A program made the translations under genes and the position numbers. From a virus (taxonomy: Duplodnaviria; Caudoviricetes): 24,005 nucleotides of DNA. Shown in pieces: positions 23,763-24,005 of the stretch. The notes beneath the pieces are model-generated. The model was not told the origin of the DNA. It worked only from the letters and a program-made list of their open reading frames with translations, and made no database searches. The number at the start of each line of letters is the position of its first letter. Within the stretch, counting starts at the first letter, position 1. The stretch is from positions 1 through 24,005 of the IMG/VR virus record IMGVR_UViG_3300016474_000160, one strand, 5' to 3'.

Positions 23763-23793
23763 GTATTAACACGACTGATTCTATCGTGTTACA

Positions 23794-23809
23794 ATGTTAG
23801 CGCTAACAT
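23794..23809. promoter_or_regulatory. Perfect 16-bp palindrome, LacI-family operator-like
   Basis: ATGTTAGCGCTAACAT with central CG; half-site CGCTAACA again at 23935-23942. Confidence 0.55.
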
Positions 23810-23952
23810 CAATTCTTCGAGTCAAGCCCCAAAAATCACTTGACAAGCCAAGTGTTGCGGAAGTGTCACTGATTCGCTATCGCCCAGCCTCCCTGTTTTT
23901 TGCGACTCGAATCTACCGATCCGAACCCTGGGCCCGCTAACAATTTGATTCG

Positions 23953-23981
23953 GATATAGGGTCGGGCTGGCGATTCGTCAA
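23953..23981 (-). promoter_or_regulatory. Sigma70-type promoter flanked by GANTC sites
   Basis: TTGACG-N17-TATATC; GANTC at 23947, 23972 and 23985. Confidence 0.6.
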
Positions 23982-24005
23982 GCTGAATCTTAGGATCGAG
24001 GCTAT

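Overview
About 24 kb of a dsDNA bacteriophage genome. Every credible gene is on the minus strand, so transcription runs from 24005 towards 1. In that order the window holds: (1) a non-coding control/repeat region (about 23500-24005) with 46-bp and 16-bp tandem repeats, a LacI-type palindrome and dense GANTC sites; (2) an early region of small modular genes behind repeated sigma70-type promoters, including a cytosine-MTase-like gene, rIIA- and rIIB-like genes, a SleB-type cell-wall hydrolase and a sigma-factor-like gene; (3) a replication cluster with metallophosphoesterase, T7 gp4-like primase-helicase, family A DNA polymerase and a putative SSB; (4) tRNA-Arg(TCT) and tRNA-Leu(TAA) flanking a ~645-nt densely self-complementary interval with no credible ORF; (5) nucleotide-metabolism and nuclease genes (ThyX, 5'-3' exonuclease, T7 endonuclease I, DEDD exonuclease, NPPF methyltransferase, MazG-like protein) and a class II ribonucleotide reductase interrupted at its active-site Cys codon by a group I intron that runs off the window. 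An alphaproteobacterial host is inferred, not shown. Best leads: the candidate modular ncRNA between the tRNAs; seven early promoters with a GANTC (YGAKTCK) site at an identical position, suggesting use of host CcrM/GcrA; and a candidate phage sigma factor with its own promoter motif. All calls are by eye from motifs; no database search or folding program was run.
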